Source: Nanobdellota archaeon
GTDB taxonomy: Archaea > Nanobdellota > Nanobdellia > Pacearchaeales > JAHJTO01
Assembly: GCA_042572295.1 (NCBI GenBank)
Contig: JBHPFA010000002.1
Location: 64,180 to 128,179, forward strand
Length of the DNA: 64,000 nt
Reading direction: 5' to 3'
This document shows, piece by piece, positions 24,020 through 33,861 of the stretch. Within the stretch, counting starts at the first letter, position 1. Each line of letters begins with the position of its first letter. The position numbers and the translations under genes are program-made. Below the pieces are notes generated by a model. It was not told the DNA's origin. It saw nothing but the letters and a program-made list of their open reading frames with translations, and ran no database searches.

Positions 24020-27000
24020 ATGCAGAAATATTTTAAAGAAATTGAGAATAAAGTAAAGGTTGCTTACTCTTTAGCAGGAGAAGCACGTAGAAAAGGGTAT
24101 GATCCTGTTTCTGCTGTTGAAATTCCTTTGGCAACTAGTTTGGCAGAAAGAGTTACTGGGTTAATTTCTACTAAGTATGCTCAATTAAAAGATGATAAGA
24201 TAGTAAAGAGGATTAGGGAACTTGAAACACAGTATAGTATGTTGGATCCTGCTGTAGCATTTAAGATTTCTGAAGAAGTTTCTAAAGAAAAGTTTTGTAA
24301 ATTTAAAGATAAGCTTGAAGCGATTGATGCGGGAATAAGAATAGGTTTAGCATATCTTACTTTAGGGGTCGTTTCTTCACCTTTAGAAGGGTTCACACAT
24401 TTTAAATTAAAAAAGACTGAGAAGGGCGAGGATTTTTTTTCAATTTTCTTTTCAGGACCAATAAGGTCAGCAGGGGGAACTGCAGCAGCAACCTGTGTAG
24501 TTCTAGCAGATTATTTGAGGGAAAATGCAGGTTATGCAAGATATGATCCTACTGAAGCAGAGGTTAATAGAACTGTTACAGAGTTATATGATTATCATGA
24601 GAGGGTTACTAACCTACAATATCTTCCTACTGAAAAAGAAATTAAGATTATTGCTTCAAATCTTCCAATTCAAATAAATGGAGATCCTTCAGAAAAGTTT
24701 GAGGTAAGTAATTTTAAAGATCTTCCAAGAATTGAAACAAATATTATTAGAAATGGTGTTTGTTTGGTTACTGGAGAAGGTGTTGCATTAAAGGCTGCAA
24801 AGCTTTTGAAAATTGTTAGAAATTTGAAAGAAAAAGGATTTGTTTTGACTGGTTGGGATTGGCTTTCAGATTTGGCTAAAATGAAGAAAGTTGCAGAAAC
24901 AAAACCAGAACCTTCTGCAGTTTATATTAAAGACTTGGTTGCAGGAAGGCCGGTTTTAACACACCCATCAAGATCTGGTGGATTTAGGTTAAGGTATGGC
25001 CGGGCAAGGAATAGTGGATTTAGTGCAACTTCTATTCATCCTGCATCAATGGTGGCATTGGATAATTTTATTGCAATAGGTACACAACTAAGAACTGAAA
25101 GACCAGGAAAATCTACAGTAGTAACTAGTTGTGATACTATTGAAGGTCCAATTATTAAATTAAAAGATGGGTCTGTGGTTGTTCCAAAAACCTATGAGGA
25201 AGCTAAAGAAATCAAAAAAGATATACTTGAAATTCTTTACCTTGGAGATATTTTAATTAGTTATGGAGATTTCTTTAATAGAAATTACCCTTTGATGCCT
25301 TGTGGATATAATGAAGAATGGTGGGGTTTGGAAGTTGAAGAGAAAAAGGGCAAGGTTAAAGATTTTTTGAATGTAAGTTTTGAAGAAGCAGTAGAATTCA
25401 GTAAAAAATATGATGTTTCACTTTATCCAAAATATACTTTTTATTGGAGTCAGGTAAATCACAATTCTTTTATGGCTTTATTGAAAGTTCTTAAAACTTC
25501 TAAGTTAGAAAATGGAGAAATAGTGTTTGATTATGTAGAAAGTGTTAATAAAGCAAAGCGTTGCTTGGAAATTTTGGGAGTTCCCCATTTAGTTAAGGAA
25601 GGTAGAGTTATAATTGATAAAGAAAATTCTAAATATTTACTTTTGAATTTAGGAGTAGAAAAACTTTCAGAAGTTGATAAAATGATTGGGCAGCATGAAG
25701 ACCGTGAAGGTGTTTTAAATTTCCTAAATAGTTTTTTGAAAATAAAAATTGCAGATAAGGCTGGAACTTTTGTTGGATCAAGAATGGGAAGGCCTGAAAA
25801 AGCAAAAATGCGTAAATTAATTGGTTCTCCACATACTTTATTTCCAGTTGGACAAGAAGGGGGGAGATTTAGGAGTGTACAGGAGGCAGCGGAACACCAA
25901 GTTACTTCTGAGTTTCCAATTCATTTTTGTGAGACTTGTAAAAAAGAGACTATCTACTTTATTTGTGAAGATTGTGGAAATAAAACTAAAAAGTTGTTAA
26001 ATTGTCCAAAATGTGAAAGAAATGTAACTGAAGTTTGTCCAGAGCATGGTGGTCTTCAAGCAGGAGTAGTTAAATCTTATATGAGGAAGAAAGTAGATAT
26101 AGGTCATTATCTCCAATCTGCTGCAAAATTAATGAATATTCAAAAACATGAAATTCCTCCTCTAATTAAAGGAACAAAAGGGATACTTTCTTCAAACCGT
26201 ATTCCAGAACATTTGGCTAAAGGAATTTTACGTGCACAATATGCAATTAATGTGAATAAAGATGGGACTGCTAGGTATGATGCAACAGAATTGCCTATAA
26301 CTCATTTTAAACCATGTGAGGTGGGTACTTCTATTCCAAGGCTTATTGAGTTGGGTTATACTAAAGATGCCTATGGAAAGAAATTAGAAAGGAAGGATCA
26401 AATTTTAGAAATATTTCCCCAAGATATTATTCTTCCAGATTGTCCAGAAACACCTGATATCAAAGCAAGTGAGGCCTTTTTGAAGGTTGCAAAATTTATG
26501 GATAATCTCCTTGTCAGACTTTATGGGCTCAAACCATTTTATAATGCTAGCACTAAAGAAGATCTTACTGGACATTTGATGGTTTGTATTGCCCCACATA
26601 ATGCTGCAGGGGTCGTTGCAAGAGTTATAGGCTTTAGTCATGCTCAGGCTTTGTTGGCAAGCCCATATATGCACGGGGCTATGAGGAGAGATGCTGATGG
26701 GGATGAAGCTGCTTTTATGTTGTTACTAGATACATTAATCAATTTTTCTAGAGAATATCTTTCTACACATAGGGGTGCAACCCAGGATTGTCCAATTATT
26801 TTGAATGCAAGGATAAGGGCTGGAGAAGTTGATGATATGGTGTTTAATATTGACGTTACTCCAAGACTTCCATTAGAACTTTATCGTGCTGCTCAAGAGT
26901 ATAAACCTCCACATAGTGTTAAGGTGGAACAAATAAGTGATAGGCTTGGAAAGACAGATAGTGATGCTTTCAAGAATTTATGGTTTTCCCATGATACAAC

Positions 27001-27457
27001 TGATATGAATTATGGAGCAATTTGTTCAGCATATAAAACTTTGGCAACTATGGCCGAAAAGGTTGAACATCAAATGAAACTTGCAGAGATAATTCGTGCA
27101 GTTGATACTACTGATACTGCAAGATTGGTTATTGAGAGACATTTTATTAGAGACACAAGGGGTAATTTAAGAAAATTTAGTAGTCAACAATTTAGATGTA
27201 TTGGATGTAATGCTAAATTTAGAAGGCCACCTTTGGTGGGGAAATGTACTAGTTGTGGTGGAAAAATAATATTTACGATTTCAAAAGGAAGTATCATTAA
27301 GTATTTAGATCATTCACTTAATCTTGCTAAGAATTATAGTGTTTCAGATTATCTTAAACAAAGTTTGGATTTAACAAAAAGTTTTATCAATAGTATTTTT
27401 GGCAAGGATATTGATAAGCAGGTTACAATGAAGCAATGGTTTGGGGAAAAGAGTTAA
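24020..27457 (+). CDS. polC: DNA polymerase II (PolD) large subunit DP2
   Basis: 1145 aa with conserved PolD DP2 blocks (GPIRSAGGTAAA, GRPVLTHPSR, SRMGRPEK, Cys clusters CETCKKET...CEDCG and CIGCNAKF...CTSCGG). No intein-sized insertion. Confidence 0.95.
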   Translation: MQKYFKEIENKVKVAYSLAGEARRKGYDPVSAVEIPLATSLAERVTGLISTKYAQLKDDKIVKRIRELETQYSMLDPAVAFKISEEVSKEKFCKFKDKLEAIDAGIRIGLAYLTLGVVSSPLEGFTHFKLKKTEKGEDFFSIFFSGPIRSAGGTAAATCVVLADYLRENAGYARYDPTEAEVNRTVTELYDYHERVTNLQYLPTEKEIKIIASNLPIQINGDPSEKFEVSNFKDLPRIETNIIRNGVCLVTGEGVALKAAKLLKIVRNLKEKGFVLTGWDWLSDLAKMKKVAETKPEPSAVYIKDLVAGRPVLTHPSRSGGFRLRYGRARNSGFSATSIHPASMVALDNFIAIGTQLRTERPGKSTVVTSCDTIEGPIIKLKDGSVVVPKTYEEAKEIKKDILEILYLGDILISYGDFFNRNYPLMPCGYNEEWWGLEVEEKKGKVKDFLNVSFEEAVEFSKKYDVSLYPKYTFYWSQVNHNSFMALLKVLKTSKLENGEIVFDYVESVNKAKRCLEILGVPHLVKEGRVIIDKENSKYLLLNLGVEKLSEVDKMIGQHEDREGVLNFLNSFLKIKIADKAGTFVGSRMGRPEKAKMRKLIGSPHTLFPVGQEGGRFRSVQEAAEHQVTSEFPIHFCETCKKETIYFICEDCGNKTKKLLNCPKCERNVTEVCPEHGGLQAGVVKSYMRKKVDIGHYLQSAAKLMNIQKHEIPPLIKGTKGILSSNRIPEHLAKGILRAQYAINVNKDGTARYDATELPITHFKPCEVGTSIPRLIELGYTKDAYGKKLERKDQILEIFPQDIILPDCPETPDIKASEAFLKVAKFMDNLLVRLYGLKPFYNASTKEDLTGHLMVCIAPHNAAGVVARVIGFSHAQALLASPYMHGAMRRDADGDEAAFMLLLDTLINFSREYLSTHRGATQDCPIILNARIRAGEVDDMVFNIDVTPRLPLELYRAAQEYKPPHSVKVEQISDRLGKTDSDAFKNLWFSHDTTDMNYGAICSAYKTLATMAEKVEHQMKLAEIIRAVDTTDTARLVIERHFIRDTRGNLRKFSSQQFRCIGCNAKFRRPPLVGKCTSCGGKIIFTISKGSIIKYLDHSLNLAKNYSVSDYLKQSLDLTKSFINSIFGKDIDKQVTMKQWFGEKS

Positions 27458-27481
27458 AAGTAAAGGATTGTGTAAATAAAA

Positions 27482-28168
27482 ATGGTAAAAGTGCTTGAAG
27501 GAAAATTATCAAAGATAACTAAATTTTCTCCTACTGTGAAGTTCTTTGAGTTTGATCTCGGAGAAGTTTTTGATTTTTTACCTGGACAATTTGTCATGGT
27601 TGAGAAAGATGGTGTGAAGAGGGCTTATTCTTTAGCTTCTCAGCCAGGGAAGAAGACAATTGAGTTGTGTGTTACAATAGTTTCTGGGGGAAAGCTTACA
27701 ACTAAGTTGGATGATATGCCTTTGGGAGGAAAAGTCAAAGTTACAGGACCTTATTCAATGTATGGAAGGGATATTTTGAAGATGGATAATGATGTAATTT
27801 TTATTGCTACAGGAAGTGGGGTGACTCCTATGAGGTGCTTGTTGAATTATTTGCTTAATAATAATTTCAAACATAAAATTACCTTGATTTTTGGATTTAG
27901 ATATGAAGAAGATTTCCTATTCAAAGCAGAATTTAAACAACTTGCCGAGAAACATGATAATTTTGATTTAGTTATTACTGCAAGCCAACCAAAAGAACTG
28001 AAGACTTGGGGCAAGAGTGTTGGAAGAGTGACAAAGATTATTGATCAATATGTTGATGATAAATCGGATTATTTTATTTGTGGCCTTAATAATATGGTTA
28101 GTGATGTTAAACGAATTCTAGTAGAAAAAGGCGTGGAGAAAGAGAGAATACACGCAGAGTCTTGGTAA
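27482..28168 (+). CDS. FAD/NAD(P)-binding oxidoreductase (ferredoxin-NADP reductase-like fold)
   Basis: RAYSLAS (RxYS FAD motif) and IATGSGVTPM (NAD(P)-binding GxGxxP). No Fe-S C-terminal extension. Confidence 0.75.
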   Translation: MVKVLEGKLSKITKFSPTVKFFEFDLGEVFDFLPGQFVMVEKDGVKRAYSLASQPGKKTIELCVTIVSGGKLTTKLDDMPLGGKVKVTGPYSMYGRDILKMDNDVIFIATGSGVTPMRCLLNYLLNNNFKHKITLIFGFRYEEDFLFKAEFKQLAEKHDNFDLVITASQPKELKTWGKSVGRVTKIIDQYVDDKSDYFICGLNNMVSDVKRILVEKGVEKERIHAESW

Positions 28169-28219
28169 GTTTGTTTTATAAAATAAATAAAAGAAGAAAA
28201 AAAATAAAAAAATAAAAAT

Positions 28220-28483
28220 TTATCTCCTTTTCAAAGCCCTGCCGACAGCTGTTCCTACTGCTGCTCCAATTGTAGCTGCGATTAATGCTGCTTTTTCTGG
28301 ATTTTTCTTAACATAAGCTTTTAGTTGTTTTTCACCTTGTTGCAACTTTACTTTAGCTCTTTTTAATTCTGCTTGTGTTCTCTTCTTTAATTTTGCTTTT
28401 TGCGCAGAGGTTAATTTTAGCTTCTTTAATTTTGCAGCAACTTTTTTAACAACTTTTTTTCTTTTTGCTTTCTTTTTAGCCAT
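28220..28483 (-). CDS. Lys-rich protein with C-terminal Gly-zipper helix (87 aa)
   Basis: About 40% Lys by eye; AALIAATIGAAVGTAVG near the C-terminus. Confidence 0.4.
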   Translation of the reverse strand: MAKKKAKRKKVVKKVAAKLKKLKLTSAQKAKLKKRTQAELKRAKVKLQQGEKQLKAYVKKNPEKAALIAATIGAAVGTAVGRALKRR

Positions 28484-28804
28484 TTATTTTTTTACCTCCT
28501 TTGCAAGTTTATACTTTAGGAAGAATCCTATTGCTAACATAATTGCTCCGATATAGAGTAATATTTGGGAATTAGATAATGTTAATGATTCTTTCAAATA
28601 ACTGTAAAATGAAAATATCAATGCTAGTAATCCCAATCCTACCAATAATGATGAAAGGAGTATTTGGGATAGCCTTTTTTGTAGCGTAACAAATTTTTCT
28701 TCTATTCCTTCGATTAATTTGTCTGTAAGAGTGTTTAATATTTTCTTACCCATGTTAATGGTGTCTATACTCAACAAACTTTTCTTTTTATTACCTCTTT
28801 TCAT
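28484..28804 (-). CDS. Small membrane protein (106 aa)
   Basis: Two hydrophobic helices. Its stop abuts the start of 28220..28483. Confidence 0.4.
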   Translation of the reverse strand: MKRGNKKKSLLSIDTINMGKKILNTLTDKLIEGIEEKFVTLQKRLSQILLSSLLVGLGLLALIFSFYSYLKESLTLSNSQILLYIGAIMLAIGFFLKYKLAKEVKK

Positions 28805-28927
28805 TGTGTTATTAGGGTTTTTTCTTTTATAAAATCTTTTGTTTTGCTTAATTAATTTTTCAGTAATGAATAAATTGCCAAAAACTTACACAAAATATTA
28901 AAAGGGGTATTTCTTCATTTTTTTATC

Positions 28928-29677
28928 ATGGTAAAAATAGGCATTATTGGAGGTTCCGGATTGGATAATCCTGGAATCTTAGAAGAAACAAAAGATATTG
29001 AGGTAGAAACCCCTTATGGAAAACCCAGTTCTCCACTTAAATTAGGTAAGATCAAAGGGAAAGAAGTGGTTCTTTTGGCAAGACACGGTAGAGAACATAC
29101 AATACCACCTACACAAGTCAATTTTAGGGCGAATATTCACGCTTTGAAAGAACAAGGGTGTACACATATAATTGCTACAACTGCTGTGGGGAGTTTAAAG
29201 GAAGAAATAGGTAGAGGAGATTTTGTTATTTTGGATCAATTCATTGATTTTACTAGACATAGGAAAGTTACTTTCCATGAAAGTTTTGAACCACATAAAC
29301 CAATACATACACCAATGGCAGAACCCTTTGATAAAAAATTGAGAGAATTGTTGATTAATACTTGTAATGGGCTTCAGCTAAAAAATCATGATAAAGGAAC
29401 AGTAGTTACAATTGAAGGGCCACGTTTTTCAACAAAAGCAGAAAGTCATATGTTTCGTGGATGGGGTGCGGATGTAATTAATATGTCAATTGCTCCAGAA
29501 GCTGCACTTGCTAATGAAGCAGGAGTCCCTTATGCTGCCGTTGCCATGTCAACAGATTATGATTGTTGGAAGGAAGATGAAGCCCCTGTAACTTGGGAAG
29601 AGATTTTGAAGACCTTTAAAGCAAATGTAGAGAGAGTAACTAAACTTTTAGTTGAAACGATTTCTAAAGTCGAGTAA
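28928..29677 (+). CDS. mtnP: S-methyl-5'-thioadenosine phosphorylase (PNP/MTAP family)
   Basis: IGIIGGSGL, ARHGREH, the VNFRANI..L pattern and INMS are MTAP hallmarks. Confidence 0.9.
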   Translation: MVKIGIIGGSGLDNPGILEETKDIEVETPYGKPSSPLKLGKIKGKEVVLLARHGREHTIPPTQVNFRANIHALKEQGCTHIIATTAVGSLKEEIGRGDFVILDQFIDFTRHRKVTFHESFEPHKPIHTPMAEPFDKKLRELLINTCNGLQLKNHDKGTVVTIEGPRFSTKAESHMFRGWGADVINMSIAPEAALANEAGVPYAAVAMSTDYDCWKEDEAPVTWEEILKTFKANVERVTKLLVETISKVE

Positions 29678-29680
29678 GTA

Positions 29681-30370
29681 TTAGTTTAAAACATCATAAA
29701 CAAGATGTAAATAAGAATTCTTTAATTTTTTATATGTTTTTAACTTAAGTGCCTTAATTTTTTTCAAATCTTTGTCTGAAAATAAAGATTTTCCATCAAT
29801 TAATGTAGAAGTATTACTTCCCCCAACAAGTGCTGGAGCAATCACAAGAGAAACCCGATCTATTAGTCCTTTTCTAGATAAAATAGAATTCAAATTTCCT
29901 CCTGACTGGATAGTTATCTTATCTATTTTGTATTTCTTTTTTAACCTCTTAAAAAGGTCTGAAAATACTACTTTTTTTGGATAATAGATTAGTTCTAGCC
30001 TGTCTTTAAACTTAAATGCTGGATGATTTTTGTTTGATGTGATGAGATATAGTTTTTTAGTGTTGTTAATTAAGTTAAGAACACCTTGTTTTTTTAAATA
30101 ATTATTATCAAGAATTATGAAGCTAACAGGCAGACCTTTAATTGGATTTTTGTTTGTGTTAACTCCAATTTTGGACATAACTCTCCCAGTATTTAACGAG
30201 TGGGAATCTGTTTTTCTTTCTAATGCATAATATTGCTGAAGGCCTTCTTTAATACCCTTAATTCTTGGGAGGTCTTTATCCATGTCCCTTTTATCTGATT
30301 CTCCAGTAGATATCTTCCCGTCAAGAGATTCAAGTAAAAATAATGTGTTAAATGTTCTACCTCTTTTCAT
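29681..30370 (-). CDS. RibD C-terminal domain / dihydrofolate reductase-like reductase
   Basis: LLESLDGKISTGE..., IQSGGNLNSILSRKGLIDRVSLVIAPALVGG. Start trimmed to the ATG at 30370, because the track's 5' extension overlaps the upstream gene. Confidence 0.65.
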   Translation of the reverse strand: MKRGRTFNTLFLLESLDGKISTGESDKRDMDKDLPRIKGIKEGLQQYYALERKTDSHSLNTGRVMSKIGVNTNKNPIKGLPVSFIILDNNYLKKQGVLNLINNTKKLYLITSNKNHPAFKFKDRLELIYYPKKVVFSDLFKRLKKKYKIDKITIQSGGNLNSILSRKGLIDRVSLVIAPALVGGSNTSTLIDGKSLFSDKDLKKIKALKLKTYKKLKNSYLHLVYDVLN

Positions 30371-30402
30371 ATCTATCCTCAAGGATCTAGGCATATAAAC
30401 TT

Positions 30403-31602
30403 TTAGATTAGCAACCATAAAATAACTGGTATGATTAGACATCCCATTAAGTTCATTTTTCTTACTTGCTTCTTTATTGTTAAAATGCCTATGGCACTTG
30501 CAGTGATTAAGACAATTAATGAATAAAAACCCGAAAGGAATAAAGACATTATTATTAGGAAGATGATTACTGTCCAACAGATTTTCCCATAATCTACTTT
30601 TTGGATGTTCTTCGCAAAGAACTTAGATATTGCTATGCCTATGAATACAGAGAAGCTTCCTGCAACCAACATTACAAATAAAAGAGTTGTGAGCTGTAAT
30701 AATGTCATTTCATTTAGTAGGGTGTTTACTGCAGCAGCAGTTCCACTTCTTGATTTTCCAATAGTATAAATTGCTACGAAAGTTAGTCCCATTACTATGG
30801 TATTTATTGCACCTAATAATATAAGGAAACCTTTCTGAGTCAATTTTCCAGAGATTTGTGATCCAAGAACTGCGGCCTGTGCTGCACCAAGTCCTGGAAG
30901 AAAAGAACATATAGGGGCACTGACAATACTTGCCCCCAAGGCCTTCGTTATTTCTTTTTTTGAAACGTCTACTTTAGATATTTTTTGTTCTGGAATCTTT
31001 GTTTTTTGATTTATACTATCCAATAATATGCTTATACCAAATAGACCAGTCAATAAAGGGAATAAAGGTTGTTTTATTACCATAAAATTAAGGGTTGCTA
31101 TTCCCAATACTCCTGAAAGTAAGAAAATGAAGAAGGCCCAAAATCTGTTATTTTCTTTTAGGATTAAGAATAATGAAGCAACAATTAAGATATAAGGTAT
31201 TGATTTTTCTATAAGGGGGTAGGCCTTGGGAAGGATGAATAAAACTAGGGGGGTTATTAATAACATTAACAAAAGGCCAAAATAGCTTCCAATTATGCTT
31301 AGTTTTACTGCTTCATATCCCAAACCCTTCATTAGCATTTTATGTCCTGGAAGAACCCCTAGGGCCGTTGATTCTTCAGGAGCTCCAAGAAAAATGCTTG
31401 GAATGAAATCTATGAATGTGTGAGTGATTGACATGCTTACTATAAATACTACTAAAGGGAAGGTGTCTGTATATTGTAATAAAAATGTGGAAGCAGCGAT
31501 AAGAGAAACTGCAACCAAGTTAATATGAACTCCTGGAATCAAGCCTGTAAAGACTCCAAAAATTATACCTACCAAAATTGCAGCTGTTATTTCAAGAAAC
31601 AT
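30403..31602 (-). CDS. TctA-family (DUF112) membrane transporter-like protein
   Basis: About 10-12 TM segments with repeated G..PG.G motifs (TGLIPGVHIN, FLPGLGAAQAAVLG). Confidence 0.65.
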   Translation of the reverse strand: MFLEITAAILVGIIFGVFTGLIPGVHINLVAVSLIAASTFLLQYTDTFPLVVFIVSMSITHTFIDFIPSIFLGAPEESTALGVLPGHKMLMKGLGYEAVKLSIIGSYFGLLLMLLITPLVLFILPKAYPLIEKSIPYILIVASLFLILKENNRFWAFFIFLLSGVLGIATLNFMVIKQPLFPLLTGLFGISILLDSINQKTKIPEQKISKVDVSKKEITKALGASIVSAPICSFLPGLGAAQAAVLGSQISGKLTQKGFLILLGAINTIVMGLTFVAIYTIGKSRSGTAAAVNTLLNEMTLLQLTTLLFVMLVAGSFSVFIGIAISKFFAKNIQKVDYGKICWTVIIFLIIMSLFLSGFYSLIVLITASAIGILTIKKQVRKMNLMGCLIIPVILWLLI

Positions 31603-31676
31603 CTTTGTTTTAGATACTTATATTGCTTATCTTGGAATATAAAAAAGCTTTTTAAGGGGTCAAAACTGGGTTTGTT

Positions 31677-33161
31677 ATGAAAAAGAAGATTTTATTCATA
31701 AATCCTTCACAATCTGCACCTATTGGAGCAAAATGTACAAATTTCAAGATTCCTTTGGGATTTATTTATATGGCTGGATCCTTAGAGAAAAAAGGATTTG
31801 AAGTAAAAATTTTAGATTGTCCTCTTCACTATAAAAAACGTAGGGTGATTAATAAAGAATCTGTTAGGATGGGTCTTTTTCCTTCAGATGTTATAAAACA
31901 AATAAAAGATTTTAATCCAGACATTGTTGGTGTTTCATGTGCCTATACTGCCTTTGAAAAAGATTCCTTTGAAACGATAAAAGCAGTGAGAAAAGCCTCT
32001 AAAGAAATGAAGAAAAAAATATTGATTGTTGTTGGTGGGGCCCATACTTCTGCAAACTCAAAATTTGTATTGAGGAACAAAGATATCGATATTGCTGTTT
32101 TGGGAGAAGGTGAAGAAACAATTTTAGAAATAGCAGAAAAATATCAAAAAGGAAAATCTCTGACAAATATATTGGGGACAGCGACTATTGACAAAGGTAA
32201 GTTTAAAGAAAATAAAAGAAGAGATTATATACAAAATTTAGATGCTCTTTCTCCAGCATGGCATTTATTAGAATTGCCTCTTTATTTTGACCATCCAGAT
32301 AATTCTTGGGCCACTATGAGATCTCCAACAGTAGACATAGTTACAAGCAGGGGGTGTCCAGGAAATTGTGTTTTTTGTTCAATACATACAGTGTGGGGGC
32401 ACAAATGGAGAGCAAGGTCAGCTAAAAATGTGGTTGATGAAATAGAAATGTTAGTTAAGAAATATGGTGTAAGGCAGTTTAGAATGCAAGATGACAATAT
32501 ATCTTTAGATAAAAAACGAATAATTGAGATATGTGATGAAATTGTTAAGAGAAAATTGGATATCAAATGGGATACTCCTAATGGGGTAGCAATCTGGACT
32601 CTTAATGAAGAAGTTATTGGTAAGATGGCAAAAGCCGGATGTTATAGAATTACTTTTGGTATAGAAAGCGCTTGTTTAAACACTCAAAAATATGTTAGGA
32701 AAGTAATAGACTTTAATAAGATTAGAAAAATAATTGATATTTGTCATAAAAAAAGAATGTGGGTTTGTTCCACTTTTATAATCGGTTTCCCTTATGAAAA
32801 AAAGGAAGACATAGAAGAAACAAGGAATTTCATTTTAACTTCTAAGATTAATTTTCCATTTATTTATGTTGCACAGCCTTATTTGGGTACAGATATGTAT
32901 AAAGATTTTCAAAAAGAGGGTTTAATGAAAGGTATCAAGTACACAAGCCATATTGGAAAGTCCAAGTATAATACTTTATATCTCAAAAATGAAGAATTAA
33001 ATAATTTCAGAGATAAACTTTACAAAGAGTTTTATATTAGAAAATCATTATCTTTTCTAAATCCTGTAAAATTTTACAAAGAGTTTTTATCTAAAATTAA
33101 AAGCTTTGAGGATCTTCGCTATATCTTAAAAAATGTATTGTTTATTGCCTTGAGGGGTTAA
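31677..33161 (+). CDS. B12-binding-domain radical SAM protein (class B)
   Basis: N-terminal cobalamin-binding-like Rossmann domain (DIVGVSC..., VVGGAHTS) and the cluster motif SRGCPGNCVFCS. Confidence 0.85.
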   Translation: MKKKILFINPSQSAPIGAKCTNFKIPLGFIYMAGSLEKKGFEVKILDCPLHYKKRRVINKESVRMGLFPSDVIKQIKDFNPDIVGVSCAYTAFEKDSFETIKAVRKASKEMKKKILIVVGGAHTSANSKFVLRNKDIDIAVLGEGEETILEIAEKYQKGKSLTNILGTATIDKGKFKENKRRDYIQNLDALSPAWHLLELPLYFDHPDNSWATMRSPTVDIVTSRGCPGNCVFCSIHTVWGHKWRARSAKNVVDEIEMLVKKYGVRQFRMQDDNISLDKKRIIEICDEIVKRKLDIKWDTPNGVAIWTLNEEVIGKMAKAGCYRITFGIESACLNTQKYVRKVIDFNKIRKIIDICHKKRMWVCSTFIIGFPYEKKEDIEETRNFILTSKINFPFIYVAQPYLGTDMYKDFQKEGLMKGIKYTSHIGKSKYNTLYLKNEELNNFRDKLYKEFYIRKSLSFLNPVKFYKEFLSKIKSFEDLRYILKNVLFIALRG

Positions 33162-33859
33162 TTCCAAGGTTTATGTAAATGTCTTGGCTTAATTTCAGAG
33201 TCTAAAAATAAATCATAACCTTCTTTTTTTGCATCTATGCAGAAAAACATATCATCAAAAGCCACCTTGTTTTGCTCATATCTGAATTTTACTTTATTTA
33301 ATACTTCTTTGCTAATCAAAACACAACCGACTCCTATGCCTCCAACTTTAATTAATCCTTTATTTAGGATTTCTTGAGGGTTTGCCCTTCTTATTTTATC
33401 GCCTTCTTGCAAATAAACTAATGAAAGTTCTATTGTGATTTTTTTTATTTCTTTAGTTTCTTTATCTTGCACTACTAGGGTCATTGGTTTACCATAATAT
33501 CCTGCAACAATGTCTTTTTGATGCTCTAAGAACTTAATCAATATATTTTTTTCTGGAATAATGTCTTGTTCTAAAGAAAAGAAATAATCATAATCTTCTT
33601 TCATTGCTTTTTCCCTCAGCAGATTTCTAGAATGGACTATCCTTTCTTTTACGTTTTCGAAATAAGGGGCTTTTATCACCTTAATTCCCTTTTTCTTTAA
33701 ATTATTGAAAAAATCTTCTGATTGGGAGTTATCGGCTAGAAGATAATCAACTTCATGCTTTCCTTTTGAGAATTCGATTATTTCTTCTACTCTTTTAATC
33801 CACAAATCTATACAATAAGAATATCTTTCATAAGTGGGACAACCAATTAATATTTTCAT
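33158..33859 (-). CDS. GT-A fold glycosyltransferase-like protein
   Basis: KILIGCPTYERYSY..., a D-rich acceptor/donor loop (LEQD) and GIGVGCVLISKEV. The family assignment is tentative. Confidence 0.5.
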   Translation of the reverse strand: MKILIGCPTYERYSYCIDLWIKRVEEIIEFSKGKHEVDYLLADNSQSEDFFNNLKKKGIKVIKAPYFENVKERIVHSRNLLREKAMKEDYDYFFSLEQDIIPEKNILIKFLEHQKDIVAGYYGKPMTLVVQDKETKEIKKITIELSLVYLQEGDKIRRANPQEILNKGLIKVGGIGVGCVLISKEVLNKVKFRYEQNKVAFDDMFFCIDAKKEGYDLFLDSEIKPRHLHKPWN

Positions 33860-33861
33860 TT

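Noticed and set aside
24020-27457. I looked for an intein or large insertion in PolD DP2, and in Lhr, Orc1 and the ATPase.
   Set aside because: Lengths are normal for intein-free versions, and no Hint/homing-endonuclease block motifs were seen.
30371-30577. An N-terminal 69-aa extension of the RibD_C-like ORF in the track.
   Set aside because: The extension overlaps the 3' end of the TctA-like gene in another frame and has no homology-like features. The internal ATG at 30370 gives the typical MKRG...LLESLDGKI start.
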